From assembly GCF_009914755.1 (NCBI RefSeq), contig NC_060942.1: 64,000 nt of DNA; one strand, written 5' to 3'. Of the stretch, positions 1 through 9,480 are shown in pieces (positions within the stretch are counted from its first letter, which is position 1; each line of letters opens with the position of its first letter). This DNA is from the human T2T-CHM13v2.0 reference genome, Homo sapiens. A program made the position numbers and the translations under genes. Below the pieces are notes generated by a model, which was not told the DNA's origin, searched no databases, and saw nothing but the letters and a program-made list of their open reading frames with translations.

Positions 1-232
1 CCTCTGCCTCCCAGGTTCAAGTGATTCTCTCACCTCAGCCTCTTGAGTAGCTGGGACTATAGGCATGCACCACCAGGCTCACGCCACCAGGCCCAGCTAA
101 TTTTTGTATTTTTTGGTAGAGACAGTGTTTCACCATGTTGGCTAAGCTGGTCTCAAACTCCTGACCTCAAGTGATCCACCTGCCTTGGCCTCCCAAAATG
201 CTGGGATTACGGGAGTGAGCCCCGTGCCTGGC
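1..232 (-). mobile_element. Alu SINE (AluS-type), cut by window start
   Basis: Reverse-complement Alu motifs: cctcagcctc..tagctgggactatagg, tcctgacctcaagtgatcc, cccaaaatgctgggattac. Confidence 0.95.
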
Positions 233-1229
233 TGCCTTTTTATTATTTCACTGTTGAGGCTCTGAATATTTCTGGAGTCCTGCTTACTGAGTACGTCCAT
301 CTATGAAAACTTTCTTAAACACACCCTAGCTCTTTACTCCTAAACTTGTATTTCTGAGATCCATGTTTCTGAAAGAAGCATTTACTGGGGGAGGGGGTAT
401 GTTCTGGCAACTCTATATGGTACAATTGATTATGCTTTTATGCTCACATCTTCTCAAGACCATGATTAGCCTTTTCTTCCTGACTTATCTTTCTCCTCAG
501 ATACCCTTCATATTCTGAACATGATAAGAATTGAGAAACATCTGTTTCCCACACTTCCAAATCAGTCACAACACTAAGATTGGGCTTAGAGACCTAGAGC
601 TTTCCATTATCTCTGTAAACTCTACATAAGGTTACTGCCAATTCAAATAAATTTTAAGTGAACACAGTTTTCTTGTGAGGCAATTGGAACTTCAAAATAG
701 GACCCTCTAGTTTTTACTTCTAACTGGATTGCAACCCCCAACCCTTACTGTGGTTTCTGTTACCCTTTATTACGTTTCTTTATGGGTTTTGATGATATGC
801 AAGATTATTCCTTCAAAAGATTATGACTATGTCCTTCAAAAGATGTGAGCATTTTCACTTGGATGAGGCTTTCTGTTTGATATTTCTGGTACATAAACAG
901 GGATTGATTTTCTTTATAAATATTAGCAGGCATGCAACATAGAGCAGGCTCTGGGGGAGCAGACTCGGGACATGCATAGATGATGGGATGGGAGAGGGAG
1001 AAGGGAAAGGTGCTGAAGCAAGATGAGGTCATTTATAGCAGGAGTTTGCAAGAGGCTTGAGGGAAGGTTTAGCAGGGGATTCTGAGTGTCCACAGCAGGA
1101 TCAACAGAAGGCCAAGGCTAGCTCACTCTGGTGTCAGGGACTGAGCTTCATTAAGGGGTCTGCTGGGTTCTGCTGAGGATTCCCAGATGAGCAAGATGAG
1201 GTAAAACACAACCAGGAAGTTTCAGAGAT

Positions 1230-1700
1230 GATAGACATCTTAGAGTTCACTTAGTCCTGAATCACACCACAACAACCAATGTCTAGTGATGGTCCAGGCT
1301 TTTCTCCAGTACTTCCCGGCATGTGGAAGGCTTTTCAGGGATAATTCACCAATTCCATTTTTTAACAATTTAGCATGGTAGAATCACCATCCCTGTATTT
1401 TTCCAGAAGAAACAGCTTCCCTATCCGCAGTAGTGGCAACATCCCCTCCCCAACCCATGCTGCCATCAGCCTTTCTAACTTTGTCTGAGGAGATAAACCC
1501 TGCATTGCCTGAGGCAACAGTGATGGCCTCCCATGAGGCAGTTGCCATGATGTGACTCCATGTGACTTCCATCCAGAGGCTCTTGTTCTGCTTTTGGAAC
1601 TGTACCCAGTAAGCCTGTGACCCTTCCCACAGGCAATGTCTTCAAATATTTTAATAAAAGCTCTTATTTCTCCAGGAAAATGGCCTGGATCTTCTTGCCA
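1230..1700 (+). mobile_element. Probable L3/CR1 LINE relic, interrupted by a HERV-L fragment
   Basis: Degenerate similarity to recalled L3 3' region (ccaattccatttt.. / ..gtgacttccatcc..ttgttctgcttttgg..tcttcaaatattt). Boundaries approximate. Confidence 0.5.
1396..1547 (+). repeat. Isolated 152-bp copy of HERV-L gag segment 4041-4192
   Basis: Ungapped alignment to 4041-4192 with 7 mismatches by hand count (~95%). Confidence 0.95.
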
Positions 1701-1944
1701 GCCTGAGTTCTGCCTGCACACCCTCCAGTCTCTCCCTGTCCCTCAGAATGGTTGCGAATTTTAATCAGCAGTTTTGTGGGGGGTAAAATGGGATCTCTTC
1801 TTATTTTAGCATATTTATGTCCTAGCAGTTTAAACCAAATGAAGTCATATATTTCTCATATTCTACTGGTGTAGAGCAATGTCTCTCTTAGATCCCATCT
1901 TTTTCTTATTGTTGAAATATCAAGAACTTCCTTTAGAAATGTGT

Positions 1945-2080
1945 TACACTACTCATTCATTCATTCATTTAACAAATACTCTTTGAGCAACAATTAGGTG
2001 TCAGGCACTTTTATAAGCACTGAGTATTTGGCAGTGAATGCAAACTTTCCCTCTTGAAGCTTACATTCAAGTTACAGGAG
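1945..2080 (-). mobile_element. L2 3' end fragment
   Basis: (TTCA)n tail followed by aacaaata..tgagc..tgtcaggcac, typical of an antisense L2 3' end. Confidence 0.7.
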
Positions 2081-2384
2081 AGAGATACTTGATGAGTAAG
2101 CAAGCAATGCATGGATGACATAAAACATGATAGAGCTGGGTGAGACAGATTTTCTTACAAAGTATGTTGTTACTTCATATACTGTGTATCTCAGCCTCCA
2201 TATTTTCTCCACACTTTGTGTCATCCACAACCATGGGGAAACAATTTTGTTTGATGGTGATAGCAACTATGACCAACGCCAGGACTGCCACTGCTCCCGC
2301 CACCAGCACCATGCACTGATGTCACCAACCACACAAGACAGAGGTTCTGGAAAGATGATGGGATCCATGTGGCCAGCTCAATTG

Positions 2385-2570
2385 GGTCTAAAAGCACTTC
2401 TTAGCTGTGTAACTTGACCACAGTTTCTTGACGTTGAGCCTCAGTTACTTGTAAAACAGGGACAAAAATAACACTTCTTAAAGTTGTAGTGAGGATAAGA
2501 TGGCAAGTGCATGTAAGGCAAGATCTAGCTCATAGTAAATAGGAGGTATTCAGCAAATGTTAGCTCCCTT
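2385..2570 (+). mobile_element. MIR SINE
   Basis: MIR core: ttagctgtgtaacttg..tgagcctcagtt..tgtaaaacaggg..gtgaggat. Confidence 0.75.
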
Positions 2571-2941
2571 TTTTATGTCTCCAGCCCTTATGCTGATAAA
2601 AATATCTAATTGAAAAAGGCCGAGAATCAAACCACCAGAAATCTCTCTCATAGAGATGTTACTCAATAATTTAGGGTCTTTGGACACTGCAGGCAGGCTT
2701 GAAGTTCATTCAAGTATAATACCAATCTCTCCATGTTTACATGTCTTTTTTCATAAGCACGCCAGCTCAGGAAGGTCACTGAGATGATTATTGTGTATGG
2801 GATAGGTTTGTTTGGTAAGGATATATAGGTTTTAGATTGAATTAGATTTCAAAATATGGGATAATATAGAACAAAATAGTTGTAATCTGAATAGAATATA
2901 AATTGTAAGCTGTAAGATGAGTTGGAATGGAATAGAGTGGG

Positions 2942-3396
2942 TGTGATGGTTAATACTGAGTGTCACCTTGATTGCATTGAAGGATGCAAAGTATTGATCC
3001 CAGGTGTGTCTGTGAGGGTGTTGCCAAAGGAGATTAACATTTGAGTCAGTGGGCTGGGAAAGGCAGACCCACCCTTAATATGGGTGGGCACCGTCTCTTC
3101 AGCTACCAGCATGACTAGAATATAAAACAGGCAGAAAAATGTGAAAAGACTAGACTGGCCTATCTTCCCAGCCTACCTCCTTTTCCCGTGCTGGATACTT
3201 ACTGCCCTGGAACGTCTGACTCCAAGTTCTTCAGTTTTGGAACTCCGACTGGCTTTCCTTGCTCCTTAGCTGCTTGCAGATGGCCTATTGTGGGACTTTG
3301 TGATAGTGTGAGTTAATACTTTATGTCTATCTATCTATCTATATATCTATCTATCTCCTATTAGTTCTGTCCCTCTAGAGAACCCTGACTAATACA
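2942..3396 (+). mobile_element. 5' LTR, MLT2A1-like
   Basis: Starts TGTGATGGTTAATACTGAGTGTC, ends CCCTGACTAATACA. 455 bp, aligns to 7734-8183. Confidence 0.93.
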
Positions 3397-3420
3397 GATT
3401 TTCATACCAGAAGTGGCTCC
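3397..3420 (+). promoter_or_regulatory. Degenerate primer-binding site (tRNA-Leu type)
   Basis: gattttcataccagaagtgg directly after the 5' LTR. The TGG expected at the PBS start reads TCA. Confidence 0.65.
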
Positions 3421-3449
3421 AGAGTAAAAGAATATTAAGGATGGAGTTA

Positions 3450-5175
3450 TTTCATTGGTTTTAGGGGTTCTGGAGTTGCTGCTTAATATGATTAGACCCC
3501 AAAATGCTAAGGACTCCACTTCTAATAGTATGGAGAACACTGATAGCCCTTGGCATGAACTGTTTAGAGGTTTATGCAAAATAAATGCATTTGACAGTCC
3601 TGATTTACCCCTTGTGAGAGGCAAGGAGTTTAGTGACTCTGTATGTAATACCTTTGACCATATATGGAGAACCAAGGAACATAATGAAGCTCCTAAGTTC
3701 AGTGGACAAAGTGATGAAAGAAAATGATGAACTCAAGGATTCTATTTATCTCCTGGCTTCAGAAGCAGATATTGAGTCTCAAATGTGCTAAGATTGCCCT
3801 GAGTGAGAGTCTTATCTCCTGTAGAGAAAGAAATTGTGAAATTGTGGGAAAACATACACAAGCTCTTATCATGTGAGTGGCTGACCTGCAATGAAAGGTA
3901 CATGCACAGCCTTGCCAGATGTCTACTGTTAAAGTGAGGGCATTGATTGAAAAAGAATGGGACCCTGGAACTTAGAACGGGGTCATGTGGGAAAACCCTG
4001 ATGAAGCTGGGGACACTGAGTTTGTAAACTCTGATGAATCTATTTTGCCAGAAGAAACAGCTTCCCCATCCACAGTAGTGGCAACATCCCCTCCCCAACC
4101 CATGCTGCCATCAGCCTTTCTACCTTTGTCTGAGGAGATAAATCCTGCGTTGCCTGAGGCAACAGTGATGGCCTCCCCTGAGGCAGTTGCCAGGCAAGAT
4201 AATGTTGATTCTCCTCAGGAGCCACCCCCAAGACCCCTGTTTGCTTCTAAACCTATAACTAAACTAAAGTCCCAGCAGACCCCTAGAGGTGAGGTTGAGA
4301 GTGTGACCCATGAGGAGGTGCTCTACACTAGAAAAAACTTGAATTTTCTAATTTATATAAGCAGAAATCTGGAGAACAGGCATGGTAATGGATATTAAGG
4401 GTGTGGGATAATGGTGGAGGGAACATAGAGTTGGATCAGGCTGAATTTTTTGATTTGGGCCCACTAAGTAAGGACTCTGCATTTAATGTTGCAGCTTTGG
4501 GAGTTAAAAAAGGTTCTAATAGTTTACTTGCTTGGTTAGCTGAAACATGGATTAAAAGATGGCCCACTCTGAGCGAGCTGGAAATGCATGATCTTCCTTG
4601 CTTTAATGTAGAGGAAGAGGTCCAAAGGCTTAGGGAGGTTGGGATGGTGGAATGGATTAGTCACTTTCAACCTACTCATCCCAGCTGGGAGGGTCCAGAA
4701 GACATACCCTTGACCAATGCCATGTGAAATAGATTTGGGAAGGCAGCACCTGTATCTTTGAAGGGCCCTATAATTGCTCTTCTGTGTACATCAGATCTAA
4801 TGGTGGGAACTGCAGTCACTCAACTACAAAATTTAAATATAATGGGAATAATTGGATCCCTAGGTGGCAGAGGCCAAGTGGCAGCACTCAACCATCAAAG
4901 GCAAGGTGGGCATAGCTACCGTAATGGACAGCAGAGGCAAAGTGGCAATCAGAATAGTCTGACTCGTGTAGAGCTCTGGAATTGGCTAATGAATCATTGT
5001 GTTCCTAGATGTAAAATTGAAGGAAGCCTACTGAATTTCTACTTAATTTTTATAAGCAGAAAACTTCTAGATCAAATAGACAAAAGACTAATTTGAATTA
5101 TAAAAACAGAGAATCAGCCCCTCAATCAATTTCCAGACTTGAGCCCGTTCACAGACCCAGAACCCCTTGAATGAA
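3450..5175 (+). pseudogene. gag: HERV-L gag, disrupted by stops and frameshifts
   Basis: ORF fragments 3455-3727 (DSPWHELF), 3985-4398 (WENPDEAG..), 4401-4727 (WDNGGGNIELDQAEF), 4758-5096 (GQVAALNHQRQGG) match ERVL Gag. Confidence 0.9.
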
Positions 5176-5192
5176 GGGGAGGCTGCGTCCCC

Positions 5193-6129
5193 TTGAGGAA
5201 GGACCCTACTACACTACCGACAATTTGTACTGTTAATCTTTCTCCTATCCTTCCTCAAGGAGACCTCTGGCCTTTTACTAGGGTAACTGTGCACTGGGGA
5301 AAGGGAAATGATCAGACATTTCAGAGAAAACTAGACACTGGCTCTGAGCTGACGTTGATTCCAGGGGACCCAAAACATTATTGTGGTCCTCCAGTTAAAG
5401 TAGAGGCTTATGGAGGTCAGGTAATTAATGGAGTTTTAGCTCAGGTCCGACTTACAGTGGGTCTAGTGGGTCCCTGGACTCATCCTGTGGTCATTTCTCC
5501 AGTGCCAGAATGCATAGTTGGCATAGACATACTTAGCAGCTGGCAGAACCCCCACATTGGCTCCCTGACTGATAGGGTAAGGGCTACTATGGTGGGAAAG
5601 GCCAAATGGAAGCCACTAGAGCTGCCTCTACCTAGAAAAATAGTAAATCAAAAACAATATCACATCCCTGGAGGGATTACAGAGATTTGTGTCCCCATCA
5701 AGGACTTGAAGGATGCAGGGGTGGTGATCCCCACCACATCCCTGTTCAACTCTTCTACATGGCCTGTGCAGAAGACAGATGGATCTTGGAGAATGACGGT
5801 GCAGTATTATAAGTTTAACCAAGTGGTGACTCCAATTGCAGCTACTGTACCAGATGTGGTTTCATTGCTTGAGCAAATTAGCACATCTCCTGTTACCTGG
5901 TATGAAGCCATTGACTTGGCAAATGCCTTTTTCTCCACTCCTGTCCATAATGCCCACCAGAGGCAATTTGCCTTCATCTGGCAAGGCCAGCAATATACCT
6001 TTACTGTCCTACCTCAGGGGTATATGAACTCTCTAGTTTTGTGTCATAATCTTATTTGGAGGGAACTTGATCACCTTTTGCTTCCTCAAAATATCATACT
6101 GGCCCATTACATTGATGACAGTATGCTGA
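5193..6129 (+). pseudogene. pol: HERV-L protease plus N-terminal reverse transcriptase (open frame, truncated by deletion)
   Basis: ORF 5193-6269 contains protease LDTGSEL and GIDIL, RT PVQKTDGSWRM, DLANAFF, LPQGY and YIDD. It goes out of frame after the junction at ~6129. Confidence 0.93.
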
Positions 6130-6640
6130 CTTGTCCTCACTGGAATAGACATTTACTCTGGATATGGTTTTGCCTAATCTGCATGCAATGCTTCTGCCAA
6201 GACTACCATCCATGGACTCATGGAATACCTTATCCGCTGTCATGGTATTCCACACAGCATTGCCTCTGACCAAGGCACTCACTTTATGGCTGAAGAAGTG
6301 TGGGAATGGGCTCATGCTTATGGAATTCACTGGTCTTACCATGTTCCCCATCATCCTGAAGCAGCTGGATTGATAGAATGGTCGAATGGCCCTTTGAAGT
6401 CACAATTACAATGCCAACTAGGTGACAATACTTTTCAGGGCTGAGGCAAAGTTCTCCAGAAGGCTGTGTATGCTCTGAATCAGAGTCCAATATATGGTAC
6501 TCTTTCTTCCATAACCAGGATTCACAGGTCCCTGAATCAAGGGGTGGAAGTAGAAGTGGCCCCACTTGCCATCACCCCTAGTGATCCACTAGCAAAATGT
6601 TTGCTTCCTGTTTCTGCAACATTATTTTCTGCTGGCCTGG
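6130..6640 (+). pseudogene. pol: HERV-L integrase core remnant
   Basis: LVLTGID.., HGIPHSIASDQGTHF and HPEAAGLIE supply the D,D,E residues. In-frame stops near 6175 and 6444. Confidence 0.9.
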
Positions 6641-7330
6641 AGGTCTTAGTGTCAGAGGGAGAAATACTGCCTCCAACCTTAATTGGAAGTTAAGATTGCC
6701 ACCTGGACACTTTGGGCTCCTCCTACCTTTTTTTTTTTTTTTTTTTTTGAGACGGAGTCTCGCTCTTTCGCCCAGGCTGGACTGCAGTGGCGCTATCTTG
6801 GCTCACTGCAAGCTCCGCCTCCCAGGTCATACCATTCTCCTGCCTCAGCCTCCTGAGTAGCGGGGACTACTGGCGCCTGCCACCGCACCCGGCTAATTTT
6901 TTGTATTTTTAGTAGAGATGGGGTTTCACCGTGTTAGCCAGGATAGTCTCGATCTCCTGACCTCACGATCCGCCCGCCTCGGCCTCCCAAAGTGCTGGGA
7001 TTACAGACGTGAGCCACCGCACCCGGCCTGCTCCTCCTACCTTTAAGTAAAAAGGCTTAGAAGGGAGTTACAGTGTTGGCTGGGGTGACTGACCTGGACT
7101 ATCAAGATGAAATCAGTCTACTACTACACAATGGAGGTAAGGAAGAGTATGCATGGAATACAGGAGATCCATTAGGGCATCTCTTAGTAGTACCATGCCC
7201 TATGATTGAGGTCAATGGGAAACTACAACAGCCCAATCCAGGCAGGACTACAAATTGCCCAGACCTTTCAGGAATGAAGGTTTGTGTTATTCCACCAGGA
7301 ACAAAAAACAGGACCTGCTGAGGTGCTTAC
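6640..7330 (+). pseudogene. HERV-L dUTPase region, split by an Alu
   Basis: [17 protein letters not shown] before the Alu and LAGVTDLDYQDEISLLLHN..GDPLG after it (dUTPase motifs in the ERVL-typical position after IN). Confidence 0.85.
6731..7028 (-). mobile_element. AluY-lineage insertion within HERV-L dUTPase
   Basis: Y diagnostics (gcaagctccgcc, ccattctcc, ccgtgttagccagg), pure poly(T), 15-bp TSD gctcctcctaccttt at 6716-6730 and 7030-7044. Confidence 0.95.
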
Positions 7331-7719
7331 TGAAGGCAGAGGGAATACAGAATGGGTAGTAGAAGAAGGTAGTCATCAATACCACCTACGGCCACGTGAC
7401 CAGCTGCAGAAATGAGAACTGTAATTGTCATGAGTATTTTCTTCTTCTGTTAAAAACATGTTTGTGCATGTATACACTTGTACTAAGAAAATATCTTCAT
7501 TTTATTTCCTTTTTCATTTGTCATTTGACATAAGATTTATTGACTTCCTATCAGCATTTAAGTATTGTTAAATTTATGTTATAGTATTTGGGTTGGGGAT
7601 TGGTGTGTTTCCAGTTGTACAAAGGATAGTTGTATTATGTTAGGTATAATTATGACATTATTATTGTCTTTATTTGAAGATTATGTATGATCCCAGGAGA
7701 TGTGTATGGGTTCAAGTTG

Positions 7720-7733
7720 ACAAGGGATGGACT
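7720..7733 (+). promoter_or_regulatory. Polypurine-tract-like site
   Basis: acaagggatggact immediately before the 3' LTR. Confidence 0.65.
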
Positions 7734-8183
7734 TGTGATGGTTAATACTGAGTGTCAACTTGATGGATTGAAGGATGCAAAGTACTGATCCTGGGTGTGT
7801 CTATGAGGGTTTTGCCAGAGGAGATTAACATTTGAGTCAGTGGGCTGGGAAAGGCAGACTCATCCTTAATCTGGTTGGGTGCCATCTAATCAGCTGCCAG
7901 TGGAGCTAGAATGTGAAGCAGGCAGAAAAACATGAAAAGACTAGATTGGCCTAGCCTCTCAGACTACATTCTTCTCCCGTGCTGTATGCTTCCTGCCCTC
8001 AAACACTGGACTCCAGTTCTTCAGTTTTGGGTCTCCTACTGATTTTCCTTGCTCCTCACCTTGCAGATGGCCTATTGTGGAACCTTGTGATCATGTGAGT
8101 TAATACTTAATAAACTATCCTTCATATATACAAATATATATATGCTATTAGTTCTGTCTCTCTAGAGAACCCTGACTAATTCA
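7734..8183 (+). mobile_element. 3' LTR, MLT2A1-like
   Basis: Starts TGTGATGGTTAATACTGAG, ends CCCTGACTAATTCA, AATAAA at 8109-8114, followed by the TSD. Confidence 0.93.
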
Positions 8184-9294
8184 GTGGGAGAGGGTGAGAT
8201 GGGGTGGGATGATTAGAATAAAACAGGATCAAGGGAACTTGGGAGCAGAATGGTATAGAAGATAATTGCATGGAAACCAGGTGGACATGTACAACAATCA
8301 AAGAACAGAGACATTTCTTAGTTTCTTTACTCTTCTGTGTCTTTTTTTTTTTTTTTTTCTGCAGAGAATCTGAACATAACTGCAGTGAGCATCTTGGATC
8401 TCCATGTGTTTTGTGCAACTCGATGCCAGTGTTGACACAGACTTAATGCTGCCACTGAGGGATTTGTGCTGCTGCTTTAATGTAACTCTTCTGCAGTGGC
8501 TTTATGGCCCTGCTGTCCAACTTAATAACCACAGCTCGTTGTTTGGCGCATGGGTCTCTCTTTGCCCTAAATGCACAAGGAATGGGAAGGACGTTGGGAC
8601 CATCTGTGTAAGACAACTGTGTCTGTTTCTGGGGAGTGTCTGGTTAGGGCCTAAAGGCCATGTCACCCTTAGATTTTTAACAACTTCCTGACCCAATAGG
8701 GTAGTTTTCTCAAGGGAATGCTCTGTGCAGTGTCTATACAAACTAAAAGAACTGTGATGTCTTGAGTGTACAACTTCTCTTGTAGATGTTCTGACTCTCT
8801 GAAAGTTGATATATTCAGACCTACTGCTCCTGTACCCCCATCTAGCTCCAGCAGGGTTTACATCATGGCCAAGTTTCTCTTGACATGTGAGTGTTATGTG
8901 GCACCTCCAGGAGTAGTTCTGGCTGACAGTTATTTGGTCATCGTTATTCTCCTGCTCTACCTTAACTGAGCATCATCTGGGCTTGTGGTTAGAATGCAGT
9001 TGGGAGTAAAGATTCCTAGGCCTGGGTTTGCCTGGGAATCCTTTCTCCCCTTGGGATCCTAAGGGGAACATTGCGAATGCTGAAATGTTGGCCTTACAGA
9101 ATGTGAGTGTGGTGTAAGAGAAAGAATATGGGTTTTGAAGGCAGACAGCCTTGTGAGCAGGGCCAGGCCTTGGGTGAGGCAAGGTATTCACTTTCACATT
9201 TGTTTAGATGCAGAGTCAGCCCCAGAGAGTCAGGACCTCCTGCAACTTTGTACCTTAGGCACTTCACTTGCCTCACCTAATCCTGGCTGTTTTT

Positions 9295-9480
9295 GCATGG
9301 TTCAAATCTGTGTTCAGCTACTTCCTAGCTGGGGCTTTATGCTAGCTATTTCACCTCACTGACCCTTATTTTCCTCACCTGTAAAACAGGCAGCCTAATG
9401 CTTACCTCTCAGGATTCCAGCAGGGATGAGGTGGGGTATCACAAATAGGACATGAAGTAGAGGAGATGCTTAGAGAACAT
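9295..9480 (+). mobile_element. MIR SINE
   Basis: ggttcaaatc..ctacttcctagctg..ttcctcacctgtaaaacagg. Confidence 0.7.

Larger units (their letters stand above)
2942..8183 (+). mobile_element. HERV-L (ERVL) provirus, internally deleted
   Basis: Two TG...CA LTRs, PBS-like and PPT-like sites, gag/pro/RT/IN/dUTPase remnants, no env. Identical 5-bp TSD GTGGG at 2937-2941 and 8184-8188. Confidence 0.97.

Noticed and set aside
985-1005. Canonical G4 motif GGG-AT-GGG-AGA-GGG-AGAA-GGG
   Set aside because: Such motifs are common and nothing in the context suggests function.
1362-1721. Minus-strand ORFs sharing peptide with ORF 4040-4231
   Set aside because: Antisense translation of the duplicated gag fragment, not a gene family.
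7400-7733. Possible env gene between dUTPase and the 3' LTR
   Set aside because: Short, AT-rich and without an ORF. HERV-L normally lacks env.
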